Position numbers and translations under genes: made by a program. The notes below the pieces were generated by a model. That model had not been told where the DNA came from. It made no database searches and was given only the letters and a program-made list of their open reading frames with translations. From Ignavibacteriota bacterium (GTDB lineage Bacteria; Bacteroidota; Ignavibacteria; UBA10030): DNA of 64,000 nt. This document shows, piece by piece, positions 21,978 to 32,611 of the stretch (position 1 is its first letter; every line of letters starts with the position of its first letter). The stretch lies in assembly GCA_963727825.1 (NCBI GenBank), contig CAVSHO010000011.1, forward strand, positions 224,001 through 288,000. Reading direction: 5' to 3'.

Positions 21978-23417
21978 TTAAATTCTGATTTTCATCCCCG
22001 CAGAAATCGAGAACATTTGGAAATTCTTTCCAGAGAATAAAAATCCAAAATTATCCGTTGCCAAATCGAAACTAAAGACATAGGCATCGATACCAAAACC
22101 AAATGCCCAACGTGGTATATCTCCTCCACCAAGCGAGAGACCTGTTCGCAACGGAATCAAGGGAATTATTCGGTATTCCATGCCTAGTGAAACACGCGGT
22201 TTCGTTGTGTTACCCAATGACTCATTAAATCCTTGGAGGTAATCGAAAGCAAGTAATAATTTCCCTGGCAGGAATCTTAAACCAGGTATATCTTTAGCTT
22301 CCATCATCATCCCCACTCGCAATGCAGTAGGAAGACTTGTGGTAAATGAGGCCCCCGGACGATTTTTCCCTTTGATCGCTGTCAATAAAGAATCATTTTG
22401 GCCGGCAAATTGCGTAAAAGGATTGTTGATGTTAAGCGAATCGCTGCCATATGACTCAATAATGTTTTTATCCCACGTTATCTTACCGATATTGGTAATA
22501 CTCAATGCTAACTGTATTTCACTTAAGAGTGTTCCGGTAATTCCGATATCGAATCCGGTTCCCGTTCCAATCGGATCGGGGAACATTTTGAATTTATCAA
22601 ATGTCGGTCCCATTTTACTTGAGTCACCGGTCAACATTTCAATACCGGCATGCCGTGCAAGAAAATCGACCTTCCCTTTCGTTATATATTGGTTGCGGTC
22701 GTTTGGATCAAGAGTATTACTAAATGAAGTGTTGTTCTGCGTCGATTCAAATATTCCATACCCTTTTACAAGCTTTATACCGATTCCAGCATATAAATCT
22801 TTCAAGAATGGAATGGTAACTGGCAGCTTTCTTCCATAGGATATGTTATATTCCCTGTACCACCACGCCTCCCCGCTTGTTCCGGAGAAATCATACGACG
22901 AGCCTAACGAATCTAAACCGAATGCAGCAAGACGGAAGTAATCTTTAGACATAGAAATGGTAGCTCCTAAATGGTCTCTTATTGCGAATCCAATACCGCC
23001 AAGAACAGGTGATTGAAGTGAAAATCCGAACCATTGGACTTCCGATAAAAACTTTGTTTGTGGGTTTTCCGGCATCTGGGAAAGAATATTATTTTTATCG
23101 GTATTCGTTAAAAGTTTGCTCACTCTCTTTCCTGTTGAGTCAGGAACACCGGTAAAATAATTTTGATAAATATCGTAATTAAATAATTCTGTTCGTAATT
23201 TCATTCCAAAATTCGGAAGACTGAGTGTAACCGGATTCCATTCCGGTAATGCAACATTGGCCGGATTAATACCTATTGCATCCGTGCCACGCGATACAGC
23301 AGTGGTTGTCTGCGCCATGCCCATTCCGCGAATATTTGATAGGTCTTGCGCCTGAACAGTTTGCATCAATAAAGTTCCGAGAACCAGTATCATAAGTATA
23401 TTTTTTCTCATGGTCAT
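21978..23417 (-). CDS. Outer-membrane beta-barrel protein (DUF5723-like)
   Basis: Signal peptide, RGMGMA...INPAN, amphipathic strands, terminal GMKIRI. Confidence 0.65.
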   Translation of the reverse strand: MTMRKNILMILVLGTLLMQTVQAQDLSNIRGMGMAQTTTAVSRGTDAIGINPANVALPEWNPVTLSLPNFGMKLRTELFNYDIYQNYFTGVPDSTGKRVSKLLTNTDKNNILSQMPENPQTKFLSEVQWFGFSLQSPVLGGIGFAIRDHLGATISMSKDYFRLAAFGLDSLGSSYDFSGTSGEAWWYREYNISYGRKLPVTIPFLKDLYAGIGIKLVKGYGIFESTQNNTSFSNTLDPNDRNQYITKGKVDFLARHAGIEMLTGDSSKMGPTFDKFKMFPDPIGTGTGFDIGITGTLLSEIQLALSITNIGKITWDKNIIESYGSDSLNINNPFTQFAGQNDSLLTAIKGKNRPGASFTTSLPTALRVGMMMEAKDIPGLRFLPGKLLLAFDYLQGFNESLGNTTKPRVSLGMEYRIIPLIPLRTGLSLGGGDIPRWAFGFGIDAYVFSFDLATDNFGFLFSGKNFQMFSISAGMKIRI

Positions 23418-23425
23418 TCTCTCCT

Positions 23426-25555
23426 TTATTGCTTTCCCTGGATTTGATATGTCAAGGTTGCCGAAGCTCTAAGACGGATAGATTGATTAGTTGTTATTAC
23501 CACCGGTACTGACCCGTTATTGCTCGTGCTAAGCGCAAAATTTATTGCCACTGAATCGGATGAATTAAATTTCCGCACTTGAGCCGTATCCAACACGATA
23601 CTGATATATGACGTCATTGGACTTGTAACTACACCAGAGGCATTGACATTAGCAGGAAGGAATGTCGAATCTGGAACTATCGTCAGCGTTGTATCTGAAT
23701 GGCGAGTAAGATTATTCCACGTTAAAAATTTTATACCGAATTTTACACCTAACGGTATCCCATTCGTCGCGGTAATATTCATCCTTGCGTTCACCATTTT
23801 ATTCGTAAAGTCTTGATTATTATTTTCTTCGCTCATTGCAAGAACATCTTTATACGAGCCGCTTTGTATCCCAAGTTGACTCGGGAATGTCAGAGCAACA
23901 TCCGGATATACTTTTGATGTATCATCCACAGTATATGCCTGACCGGAAACAGATACATCTGCTGGGCTGAGAACAACGGTTCCTTGCAGAGACATGAAAT
24001 CAGGTAAATTCGGGAAACTAAAGAAATGCGAAAGAAACGTATTAAATCCTGGTGCGCTTGATAAATTAATTTCAGAAGTCGTTCCGCCTGGAGTGATCCT
24101 GAACTGTCCAGCAGAATTTGCAGGAATTCCTAAAGTATCTACTATGCCGTTTGAAGAATTTTTCGTGATGAGTTTTAAATTATAATCCATCGGGAATCCG
24201 CCGCCGGTAATCGGTAGACGCAATATAATAGAGACGCCCTGGAAATTTAACGTCGCACTTAATTTATTTTTAATATCCTGCAACCCGGGAAAGTTTGTAT
24301 TGATTCCTTGATTCACAAGAATAGTCTGTGGCTTGATTCTTCCCGTTACAGATTTTAGTATGAAAGTATCTCCCGGTCGGATTTCAGCACGAACAAAATC
24401 ATTTTTAGTGATTACCTTTTTATCAACACCTGAATTTATTGTTTTGATACCGACAGAATAAACAAGGTTCGTTCCCTGTGAAGAAGGAGAGAATGTAGCC
24501 GATTGAACTTGATAGTTGGTGGAATTAAAAATGATTGGTACAACTACACTATCCTGACTTTTCAATGTTGTATCAATTCTCAAAGTATCCCCATTTGTGA
24601 TCTTCCTAATATCATTTACTTTGAGAAATACCCCTACTTGAACATTTGAGCGGTTAATGAGAGCAAAATTAAATGACCCTTGACGAAATTGTGCATTTTG
24701 AATAGCAATTGTATCGTCCAATGTGATCGATGTATCATTAATCGACGCTACAGTTTGTGTAGGTATTACTGCATTCGCACTATCTGCTGTAAGATTCGAC
24801 GATTGAAACGAAATTGATACTCCACTTGATGATGTAAAAGTTACGGGATTAAGTGAACCAGATGTATGCATTTGAATGGGGTCAGTTGTTAAGGAGCCAC
24901 GTAATAACTTTCCATCTATAACTGCGGGAACTGGAAGGGTTACGCCAGGATTAATTGCACCCGAAATAGAAAACGAGGCAATTACCGAATTATCAACTGG
25001 GTTCGTCCAATTATTATGAAGTACAATCGGAGCAGGAAAATCAATTGGAACCGGCATGTTGTTAGTGATGGAAAGTGTTAACGTTCCAGATGCTATTTTT
25101 ACGTAATCGAATGTTGAATCACTAATCGATACAGCAGGAATGGGAAATGAACTTGCCGGTAATGCGGGTAATGTACCATTTAAACTGGGAGAGATTGTTG
25201 TTGCAAGGATTGTGGAGTTCTTAGAAAATCCATTTACTGTAAATTGTCCAACACCGACTTGCTGTGAAGAGAATTTCGGTTGCAACGATATCTGACCTAT
25301 TCCTTGCGGCGGCATCGATTGGTTATATAAATATGAAAATGTTCCATCGGGATTAAGAGTGAGTGCCGGACTTTTCTGAACCCATTCCAAAACGTAATGG
25401 GTAACATCAGCAACTGGCATGCTCAATTGGATATCCGATGACGGAGCCACAGGCTGCAAAGGCATATCAACGCAATTGAAGGAAATGAATGCAAGCAAAC
25501 ACATTGCAAATCCCACAATCATTGCCTCGGGTAAAGCTTTAACAATATTCTTCAT
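23426..25555 (-). CDS. Large beta-rich hypothetical lipoprotein
   Basis: Hydrophobic signal ending in FNC; Ser/Thr/Asn-rich 709 aa; 8 bp from the beta-barrel gene. Confidence 0.65.
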   Translation of the reverse strand: MKNIVKALPEAMIVGFAMCLLAFISFNCVDMPLQPVAPSSDIQLSMPVADVTHYVLEWVQKSPALTLNPDGTFSYLYNQSMPPQGIGQISLQPKFSSQQVGVGQFTVNGFSKNSTILATTISPSLNGTLPALPASSFPIPAVSISDSTFDYVKIASGTLTLSITNNMPVPIDFPAPIVLHNNWTNPVDNSVIASFSISGAINPGVTLPVPAVIDGKLLRGSLTTDPIQMHTSGSLNPVTFTSSSGVSISFQSSNLTADSANAVIPTQTVASINDTSITLDDTIAIQNAQFRQGSFNFALINRSNVQVGVFLKVNDIRKITNGDTLRIDTTLKSQDSVVVPIIFNSTNYQVQSATFSPSSQGTNLVYSVGIKTINSGVDKKVITKNDFVRAEIRPGDTFILKSVTGRIKPQTILVNQGINTNFPGLQDIKNKLSATLNFQGVSIILRLPITGGGFPMDYNLKLITKNSSNGIVDTLGIPANSAGQFRITPGGTTSEINLSSAPGFNTFLSHFFSFPNLPDFMSLQGTVVLSPADVSVSGQAYTVDDTSKVYPDVALTFPSQLGIQSGSYKDVLAMSEENNNQDFTNKMVNARMNITATNGIPLGVKFGIKFLTWNNLTRHSDTTLTIVPDSTFLPANVNASGVVTSPMTSYISIVLDTAQVRKFNSSDSVAINFALSTSNNGSVPVVITTNQSIRLRASATLTYQIQGKQ

Positions 25556-25683
25556 AATACTTCCCTCAGTTTATAAATGAATATTACTATATTCAGTTTA
25601 ATATACCGACTGCTTAAAGAATTGTCAAGAAAATGCCTCAAAGCATTTGTCTTATGATGATTTATATGTCTATAGTCACAAAT

Positions 25684-25719
25684 AAAAAAGCTGATACCGC
25701 TAAATCGACATCAGCTTTT
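25684..25719 (-). terminator. Rho-independent terminator after DUF3467 gene
   Basis: aaaagctgat...atcagctttt hairpin with T-run on minus strand. Confidence 0.6.
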
Positions 25720-25742
25720 ATGGTCATACTTTCAGAATGAAA

Positions 25743-26081
25743 TTAGTGAAATCTCTCTTCTTTGGTAGGCGGCTGGAAACCGAAAATTGATCCACCAGGT
25801 GGTTCGCCTATGAGTTTTATTTCACCGAATTTTTTCTCAAACTTGTCAACGTTGTCATGAATTGCGTTAAGTAACATCTTTGTATGCTGCGGAGTCATAA
25901 TAATGCGGGCATGAACCTTTGCCTTTGGAGTCCCTGGAAGCACTCGCGTAAAATCAATGACAAATTCCGCCGGTGAATGCGTGATAATTGCAAGATTGGA
26001 ATAGATACCTTCTGCCTCTTTTTCTCCAAGCTCGATATTAATTTGTTGTTGAACAGGTTGATCAGTCATATCAGAATCCAT
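25743..26081 (-). CDS. DUF3467 domain protein
   Basis: GIYSNLAIITHSPAEFVIDF, RIIMTPQH. Confidence 0.88.
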   Translation of the reverse strand: MDSDMTDQPVQQQINIELGEKEAEGIYSNLAIITHSPAEFVIDFTRVLPGTPKAKVHARIIMTPQHTKMLLNAIHDNVDKFEKKFGEIKLIGEPPGGSIFGFQPPTKEERFH

Positions 26082-26106
26082 TCCTTACTAACTTTGATAA
26101 AATTGT

Positions 26107-27501
26107 TCACTTACCAGCTCTGCGTATTTTATCTGCTTCATCAAGTGCCTTCGTTGCTTTATCTGATTGACCAAGAAGAGCATAGATCGTTCCAAGCGTT
26201 TCCCAAATTCTCGCATCATCCTTTTTAATTACTGTCATTTTTTCCATCCAAGGTAATGCCGCCTGGAATTTTGCTTTATACTCTTCATTCTCGTCTCCTT
26301 TTTCTTGCGAGGCTCTTTTCATCTTTACGCCCCAATTGTAATAGGTCGCGCCGATATCATAATATGCATCGGTAAAACTAGAATCTAATCTTAACGTTTC
26401 GTTAAATTCCGAAATCGCTCCATCAAAGTCACTAACCGATCTATAGAGAAGACCAAGTATATAATGATTCATCTTGTTCCCCGGGTCGTTTTCAACTGCA
26501 AGCTTGAAGGCTTTAGTCGCTTCTACAGCGCGGTCTGCTTCATAATACGCCTGTAGCAGTAAATTCAAGTTTTCATTGTCTTTCGGATCTACTTTTTTAA
26601 TTGCCTCAAATATATCCACAGCTTTATTAAATTCAGCTACCGCTTCAATATATTTTGTAGAATCTATTTTTATAATGTAAGGCTTGTCAATTTTCTTATT
26701 TACGACACGTTCACCTTCAAATGAAAAAGTCATTGAATATTGATTATAGGTCCATTCTTCCTTCTTTGGATCCTTTTTATCTTTCTTTTGGCTATCCGGA
26801 GGTCCAAAAGCCTGTGTTACATCATTCTTAAAGCTACCCTTGTCGATATCTTTCAGATTTTTTTGAAGCCTTAGTTTATCAGCATTTTCTGTTCTGAACT
26901 GTTCTTTTTTATCCAAACCCTTTTGAGTGTAAATTCTTCCAACCGATTTATAGGCCTCTTTATCATGATCCATATCCCACATTTTAGTTAGATACAAGAC
27001 TGTACTGTCAAGATCGCCTTTTGATTTATATGCTCCGGCAAGGTATAGATATGTGATGGATGTATCCGGCCATACCGCATTTGCCATTTTATAGTCCTGA
27101 ATTGCCTTGTCGTAATATTGTAATGAATCATTTGTCGCTCGATTTTTATTGGCCACGCCACTGTTAATATATTGGACCCAGAAATGTGTGCGAATAGCGC
27201 GAATATCGCTGGAAAATTGATTGGAATATTTTTGTGATGAGTCAAACGCTTGATTCATGCCTACGAAGTCATTCAGTTCCATGCCGCGAAGACGGCCAAG
27301 ACGATACCACGCTTCAAAGTTTGCCGGATTTTTTTGAACTTCTTGTTCGTACAGCTTTGCCGCTAATCGGAAATTTTTATTTTGCTCTTGTACTTTCGCG
27401 CCTGTGAAATCTGGAGAACCGCATTGAAATCCTTGAATTATAAATCCCACAAGGAGTAACGCAAAGAATAAATAGAATAAATTACTTTTCATGGATAGCA
27501 T
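26107..27501 (-). CDS. TPR lipoprotein
   Basis: Signal ending QGFQC, multiple TPR motifs. Confidence 0.8.
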   Translation of the reverse strand: MLSMKSNLFYLFFALLLVGFIIQGFQCGSPDFTGAKVQEQNKNFRLAAKLYEQEVQKNPANFEAWYRLGRLRGMELNDFVGMNQAFDSSQKYSNQFSSDIRAIRTHFWVQYINSGVANKNRATNDSLQYYDKAIQDYKMANAVWPDTSITYLYLAGAYKSKGDLDSTVLYLTKMWDMDHDKEAYKSVGRIYTQKGLDKKEQFRTENADKLRLQKNLKDIDKGSFKNDVTQAFGPPDSQKKDKKDPKKEEWTYNQYSMTFSFEGERVVNKKIDKPYIIKIDSTKYIEAVAEFNKAVDIFEAIKKVDPKDNENLNLLLQAYYEADRAVEATKAFKLAVENDPGNKMNHYILGLLYRSVSDFDGAISEFNETLRLDSSFTDAYYDIGATYYNWGVKMKRASQEKGDENEEYKAKFQAALPWMEKMTVIKKDDARIWETLGTIYALLGQSDKATKALDEADKIRRAGK

Positions 27502-27616
27502 CCTTTATGTTGGTCATTAAGTCATATATTTCGCGAAAAAAATATACCAAAAGGTGCTGGTAGAAGCAAGATTAAATTTTAAAACTCACAGTTGTTTAAT
27601 TAAGTCGCAATATTAA

Positions 27617-27645
27617 ATAAGCCCGACAAAAAATGCCGGGCTTAT
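27617..27645. terminator. Putative terminator hairpin
   Basis: ataagcccg...cgggcttat. Confidence 0.5.
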
Positions 27646-27669
27646 ACAAAGGTGTATTATTGCGATTTC

Positions 27670-27780
27670 GGTAGTGTCTCAATTTAATATTACTGGCGAG
27701 TGATGTCAGGAGTTTCCTCCTGACATCCAACAGGATCGGTCAGGACGTAAGTCCTGACCGCACGAAACTGAGACACTACC
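27670..27780. mobile_element. 111-bp MITE with terminal inverted repeats enclosing a REP doublet
   Basis: ggtagtgtctcaattt / aaactgagacactacc (15/16 complementary); flanks gcgatttc and gcaatttg (6/8 identical, possible decayed target duplication). Confidence 0.7.
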
Positions 27781-27791
27781 GCAATTTGCTA

Positions 27792-29078
27792 TTATGGCGT
27801 GATATTGACGGAAGATGTATCTTTTCCAATACGCATTTTGGTAGAATGATTTTGCATTTCAGGCAGGAGAAATTGTTTCCGAAAACGTGGCTGAACAACG
27901 ACGCGCATCGGTTGCTGATTATCTTCTTCGCCAGGAACGTTAATTTCCACGCTAAAGAATTCTTCTCCGCTAAAAATCTGATCAGGAGGTGGAAATTGCA
28001 CATTCCTCGGTATGCGTCGGAATTCTTTTGTCATAATTTTTCTAAGCATCGCTTCTCTACGAACTCCCGCAGCGGCAAAATCCTTTTCCACTTGCCGTCG
28101 AAGACTATCGAAATCAATATGAATTTGAGAATACATCATTGTGTCCGGTGTGATAATAACAAAGCGATCACTTTGTGGAAATCTTTGGATACGCTGGAAA
28201 TTATTGCCTACTTTTCCAGTCGGCACACTCTTCGCTGTTACCGTGTAAGGTGCATTGTTGGCTTCAAGCAAACGCTCGAAATTTACTCGCTGAGCCGGCT
28301 CCAAGCATGAAGCAATATTAGTTACCATCAATCGATTCAATTTTGGCAGATCAGGTGCAATGGCCATTGTATTGTTATCACCAATCAAAACAGAGGATTC
28401 AATACGCCTTCCAGTCAATTCCAACATGGAGTCAATTATTTTTTTCTGTTTTGCAGATGGCTTCACTTCAGAAATAAAGCGATCAAATGTAACCGATTTA
28501 GTTTTGTTTCTTAAATTATTCCCAACTTCTATACGATACCCTTTCTCTGATTGTTCATCAACGCGAAGCGCAGTCTCTGACTTATCATCAAGTTGAAGCG
28601 TTCCAAAGAGTGAAAACTGCAATGCGCGCTCTTTATCCACTTTGGAAAAGAGCGGCAATAGAGAACCTTGCAGAATTTTATTCTCGTACACTTTTCGAAC
28701 TGCCTGCGATTTCTCAGAAAAAAACTGTACGAATTGCATCCGATTTTGAATGACTAATGTTCCTACAAACACAACAACGGCAGTAACCATAACAGAAATC
28801 GCAGGAAGAAACTTACGCGGGAATGGAAGAAGATTGCGTTCTTCTTCTTTCTGCTCTTCCATTGCTACTGAAAAGCGAGTCCAGAAACCAATATCAGGAT
28901 TTAATTTCGGTTGTGAAGCCAAAAGTATTTTTAGATTCTTTAGTTCTGAAACGTGTTTTCTTACAGATTCATCCTCCGCAAGTAAGGATTCCACTTGCCG
29001 CACTTCTTTTTCGGACAGCGTGCCATCGATATATTGTGAAAGCAATGCGTCTAATTTTTGTTCATTTATTTTTCTCAT
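27792..29078 (-). CDS. Membrane-anchored anti-sigma factor
   Basis: N-terminal LLSQYIDGTLS anti-sigma-like domain, one TM helix, ATGA overlap with ECF sigma stop. Confidence 0.75.
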   Translation of the reverse strand: MRKINEQKLDALLSQYIDGTLSEKEVRQVESLLAEDESVRKHVSELKNLKILLASQPKLNPDIGFWTRFSVAMEEQKEEERNLLPFPRKFLPAISVMVTAVVVFVGTLVIQNRMQFVQFFSEKSQAVRKVYENKILQGSLLPLFSKVDKERALQFSLFGTLQLDDKSETALRVDEQSEKGYRIEVGNNLRNKTKSVTFDRFISEVKPSAKQKKIIDSMLELTGRRIESSVLIGDNNTMAIAPDLPKLNRLMVTNIASCLEPAQRVNFERLLEANNAPYTVTAKSVPTGKVGNNFQRIQRFPQSDRFVIITPDTMMYSQIHIDFDSLRRQVEKDFAAAGVRREAMLRKIMTKEFRRIPRNVQFPPPDQIFSGEEFFSVEINVPGEEDNQQPMRVVVQPRFRKQFLLPEMQNHSTKMRIGKDTSSVNITP

Positions 29079-29863
29079 AATTGTACCTCCTCCATTAACG
29101 GCTTTAATGCTTTCCTCAGCATTGCACGTGCTCGGGAGATTCTTGATTTCACAGTGCCGAGTTGACACTGCATTACTTCGGCTATTTCTTCGTATGAAAG
29201 TCCCTCTATGTCCTTCAATACCACTGCTGTTCTAAATTTTTCTGGCAATGTCTGCAATCCCATCGCTACCAATTCCTGTGTATCTCTGTTTTCGGGCGGA
29301 ACTGAAAGGCGAACATTTAATTCTTTTTCAATTCCTTCATCAAGAGTTTGGAAGGAAAAGAAGCGGCGCACCTTCTTCTTTCGAAGTTCATCCCTGCTTT
29401 TATTTACAGCAATTCTGTAAAGCCACGTGTAAAATGACGCTTCAAATCGAAAATTCGGAAGTGCTTGATATGCTTTAATAAACACTTCCTGTGCAAGATC
29501 ATCGATGAAGTCTCTATCGTGGAAAATCGAAAACAGCAAATTGCGAATCCGCTCTTGATAACGCTCCACCAGAAAGCGATAAACATCGAGATCACCGCTC
29601 TGGAATGCCGTGATTAGCGCTTCATCGTTCATTTCACGGAGAACTTCGGCATTGGGTTTGGACTGAACCTTATCGTTAATCATGGGTTTCGTATCATTCG
29701 TTCTTAGGAATGAAGTTACAAAACTTCTTCCACGAACTCCAATATTTTCAGGCTCATGTTCATTCCATTCACTACGCGGAAATGGAACCGCCATGCTTCC
29801 TCCAATATTTCTCGCATCCATGGTTTTTTCGCAATGTTCAGTTTTTTCATGCATCCAATGCAA
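29075..29863 (-). CDS. ECF RNA polymerase sigma factor (start uncertain)
   Basis: DDLAQEVFIKAY, FYTWLYRIAVN, GLSYEEIAEVM..GTVKSRISRAR. Confidence 0.93.
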   Translation of the reverse strand: MHWMHEKTEHCEKTMDARNIGGSMAVPFPRSEWNEHEPENIGVRGRSFVTSFLRTNDTKPMINDKVQSKPNAEVLREMNDEALITAFQSGDLDVYRFLVERYQERIRNLLFSIFHDRDFIDDLAQEVFIKAYQALPNFRFEASFYTWLYRIAVNKSRDELRKKKVRRFFSFQTLDEGIEKELNVRLSVPPENRDTQELVAMGLQTLPEKFRTAVVLKDIEGLSYEEIAEVMQCQLGTVKSRISRARAMLRKALKPLMEEVQL

Positions 29864-29957
29864 CTAGAACAATAGACGCTTTTTACCAGAAATTGTTCCC
29901 ATATACACTGCTAAGTGGAGAAAATACTCACGTAAACGTGTCGCATTATTATATTGC

Positions 29958-29994
29958 AACGCCTTGCCAAAATCCGGGATCTTAGCAAGGCGTT
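29958..29994 (-). terminator. Hairpin downstream of GH105 gene
   Basis: aacgccttgc...gcaaggcgtt. Confidence 0.55.
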
Positions 29995-30030
29995 TATTCC
30001 TTTGCGATTGAAAATAATAATCAATAGATA

Positions 30031-31233
30031 TTATTGAGATAATTTCATCATAGCAGAGGCGGCTAAAAGTACAGGCCCAAAGGCATGAGAATCGTTTTCC
30101 GGCGCAGGACGAGAATAATAAAACTGAAAATCATTTCCAATAGGCGTCCCTGCGCATGTTCCAAGGATGTGACCTTCAGATGTTACACGCGATGCAACTC
30201 CCAGCCATCCTTTTTTTGCAAATGTCGTAAATGTTGTATCTAGCCAGCCGTTCTGAATGCCGCTTGCAATACTGTAAACGAACATTGCCGAGCATGATGT
30301 TTCAAGATACGAGTCCCGTCGATCCAATACCTGATGCCAGAGACCGGTCAATGAATCCTGACAAGCAACAAGCCCTTGAATATGAGATTGAACACATTGA
30401 ATTACCTTATCGCGACCCGAATAATGATCAGGTATTTGTTTCAGCAATTCCGTAGCAGCAACGAGCATCCATCCATTCACTCTTCCCCAGCACGCAATTG
30501 TTTGTTGCGCGGAATCTGTATAATAACCGTGACGCATGATTTTCTTCTGTGGATCGGACAGCAAATGATAAAACTCCAGTACCTGATGAACGGCATCGCT
30601 ATAATATACGGTATCGTGTGTTAAGGCTGCCATACGTGCAAGAAACGGGACGCTCATATACAGATCGTCTCCCCAAACTGTCATATTCCTAGGTCCGGTT
30701 CTGCATAAAGTACCGTCAGCGAGTCGAGTTTGTTTTGTATGAATGTAGTTTGCAATCGTATCGATCGTTTCATGCCATTGTTTGTTTCCTGTCAGGCGAT
30801 ACGCCTCGATGAGGGCAACCCCCATTGCTCCGCAGTCATCTAAAGATTCCATGCGGTGCAATCTATATTCTGTCCCTTCTTTTTCCGAATGAAACTGGTT
30901 CCACATATTTTTAAAATATTCTTTGTCCCGAAAAAGAAAATCAAAACTTCGAATTGAATATTTGCTTTCTCCGCAAGCTATCATGCCGTAAAGCATTACA
31001 CCATTAGGGTAATTCCAATCGTTGAACGAACTGGCAAATTGGACATTCGTATCAACCGCTGAAGGATCGAGTTTTGTTATGACGTTTTTCGCTTGTCTAT
31101 CCATAATCTGGTTCTTCGTTTCCGATTGAATGAAGGAAGCGATACGTTCTGCAACGTCGTGCGGCGACTGCTGTGAGAAAACTAAAGAAGAAAATAATAC
31201 ACAACACACAGATGCACTAAAAAGTACGTTCAT
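30031..31233 (-). CDS. Glycoside hydrolase family 105 (unsaturated uronyl hydrolase, GH88/105 clan)
   Basis: Signal peptide; WNYPNG, LDDCG, WGDDLYMSVPFL, WGRVNGW, WHQVLD..SYLETSCSAMF. Confidence 0.88.
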   Translation of the reverse strand: MNVLFSASVCCVLFSSLVFSQQSPHDVAERIASFIQSETKNQIMDRQAKNVITKLDPSAVDTNVQFASSFNDWNYPNGVMLYGMIACGESKYSIRSFDFLFRDKEYFKNMWNQFHSEKEGTEYRLHRMESLDDCGAMGVALIEAYRLTGNKQWHETIDTIANYIHTKQTRLADGTLCRTGPRNMTVWGDDLYMSVPFLARMAALTHDTVYYSDAVHQVLEFYHLLSDPQKKIMRHGYYTDSAQQTIACWGRVNGWMLVAATELLKQIPDHYSGRDKVIQCVQSHIQGLVACQDSLTGLWHQVLDRRDSYLETSCSAMFVYSIASGIQNGWLDTTFTTFAKKGWLGVASRVTSEGHILGTCAGTPIGNDFQFYYSRPAPENDSHAFGPVLLAASAMMKLSQ

Positions 31234-31309
31234 TTTTATTTCATCCTATAAGCTTTTCTTTCATGTAATAAAAATGGAACTTTAAAAGCATTGCAGAAGC
31301 ACGAAATTT

Positions 31310-32611
31310 TCAATAAGCTTTGAGAGGTACACGGGTTTTTCGGATTCGTTTTTCAAATTCTTCCGGGAATCGCTTGATCATTGATTGAACCGGCCAAGCG
31401 GCGGCATCGCCGAGCGCGCAAATCGTATTCCCTTCAATGTTATTAGCAATGTCCATTAGCAAATCAATATCATCTAAATTTGCTTCATATTGCTCAAAAC
31501 GTTTTAGAATTTTATACATCCAGACGGTCCCTTCACGACATGGCGTGCACTGTCCGCATGATTCATGATAATAAAATTCTGCAATACGCGAAATAACTTG
31601 AATGAGATCAGTATCAGAGTCCATTACAATAACTCCCGCTGTACCGACGGAGGAACCGGCTGCTTTCAGCGAGTCAACATCCATACGAATTCCTTCGAGT
31701 TGGTCGCCTCGCAGAATCATCGTGGATGAACCGCCTGGAAAAACAGCTTTGATGCCTTTATTGTCGGGAATACTGCCAGCCCATTTGTGAATAATTTCGA
31801 GTAAAGGTTCCCCTGTCGGCATTTCAAAGACACCGGGAATGTTCACATGCCCGCTGACGCCAACAAGCAATGGACCTGGATGTTTTATGGCACCAATTTG
31901 TGAATACCATTGCCAGCCATTATTAATGATAATGGGAATATTAGAAATCGTTTCAACATTATTGATCGTTGTGGGAAATCCCCATAAACCAAATTGAGCA
32001 GGAAATGGCGGTTTCACTCGTGGATATCCACGTCCGCCTTCAATGGAGTTCATTAACGCCGATTCTTCGCCACAAATGTACGCTCCTGCTCCGCGATGAA
32101 TAGTTATATTTGTAGAGAAATTCGCTCCAAGAATTTTTTCGCCGATTAAACCGTTTGTATATGCATCGTCTATCGCCTTCTGAAGCATTCTAATCCATTT
32201 GCCATACTCGCCTCGCATGTAAATGTATGCCGTAGTTATTCCCATCGCGTAACAAGCGATAAGTGTCCCTTCGATAAGTAAATGTGGATTGAATTCTATA
32301 ATCTGTCTATCTTTAAATGTGCCTGGCTCTGATTCGTCCCCGTTGACGCAAAGATATTTTGGCTTATCGGAATTCTTCGGCATGAACGACCACTTCAATC
32401 CTGTTGGAAAGCATGCGCCGCCGCGCCCCCGCAAATTCGATTTTTTAACTTCCTCAATCACGTCGTCTGGATTCATGTCCAGCGCCTTCTTTAACGCTTT
32501 ATAACCGCCGTTCGCAAGATAGCAGTCGATCTTGTGTAAATCGGTTATATCAGGCAGAATGATTCGCTTCCACGATGTCAGCTTTTCAGTATTCGCAGGT
32601 TGAAGGCTCAT
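31310..32611 (-). CDS. nuoF: NADH-quinone oxidoreductase subunit F
   Basis: GRGGACFPTGLKW, DESEPGTFKDR, GAGAYICGEE, CGQCTPCREG. Confidence 0.97.
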   Translation of the reverse strand: MSLQPANTEKLTSWKRIILPDITDLHKIDCYLANGGYKALKKALDMNPDDVIEEVKKSNLRGRGGACFPTGLKWSFMPKNSDKPKYLCVNGDESEPGTFKDRQIIEFNPHLLIEGTLIACYAMGITTAYIYMRGEYGKWIRMLQKAIDDAYTNGLIGEKILGANFSTNITIHRGAGAYICGEESALMNSIEGGRGYPRVKPPFPAQFGLWGFPTTINNVETISNIPIIINNGWQWYSQIGAIKHPGPLLVGVSGHVNIPGVFEMPTGEPLLEIIHKWAGSIPDNKGIKAVFPGGSSTMILRGDQLEGIRMDVDSLKAAGSSVGTAGVIVMDSDTDLIQVISRIAEFYYHESCGQCTPCREGTVWMYKILKRFEQYEANLDDIDLLMDIANNIEGNTICALGDAAAWPVQSMIKRFPEEFEKRIRKTRVPLKAY

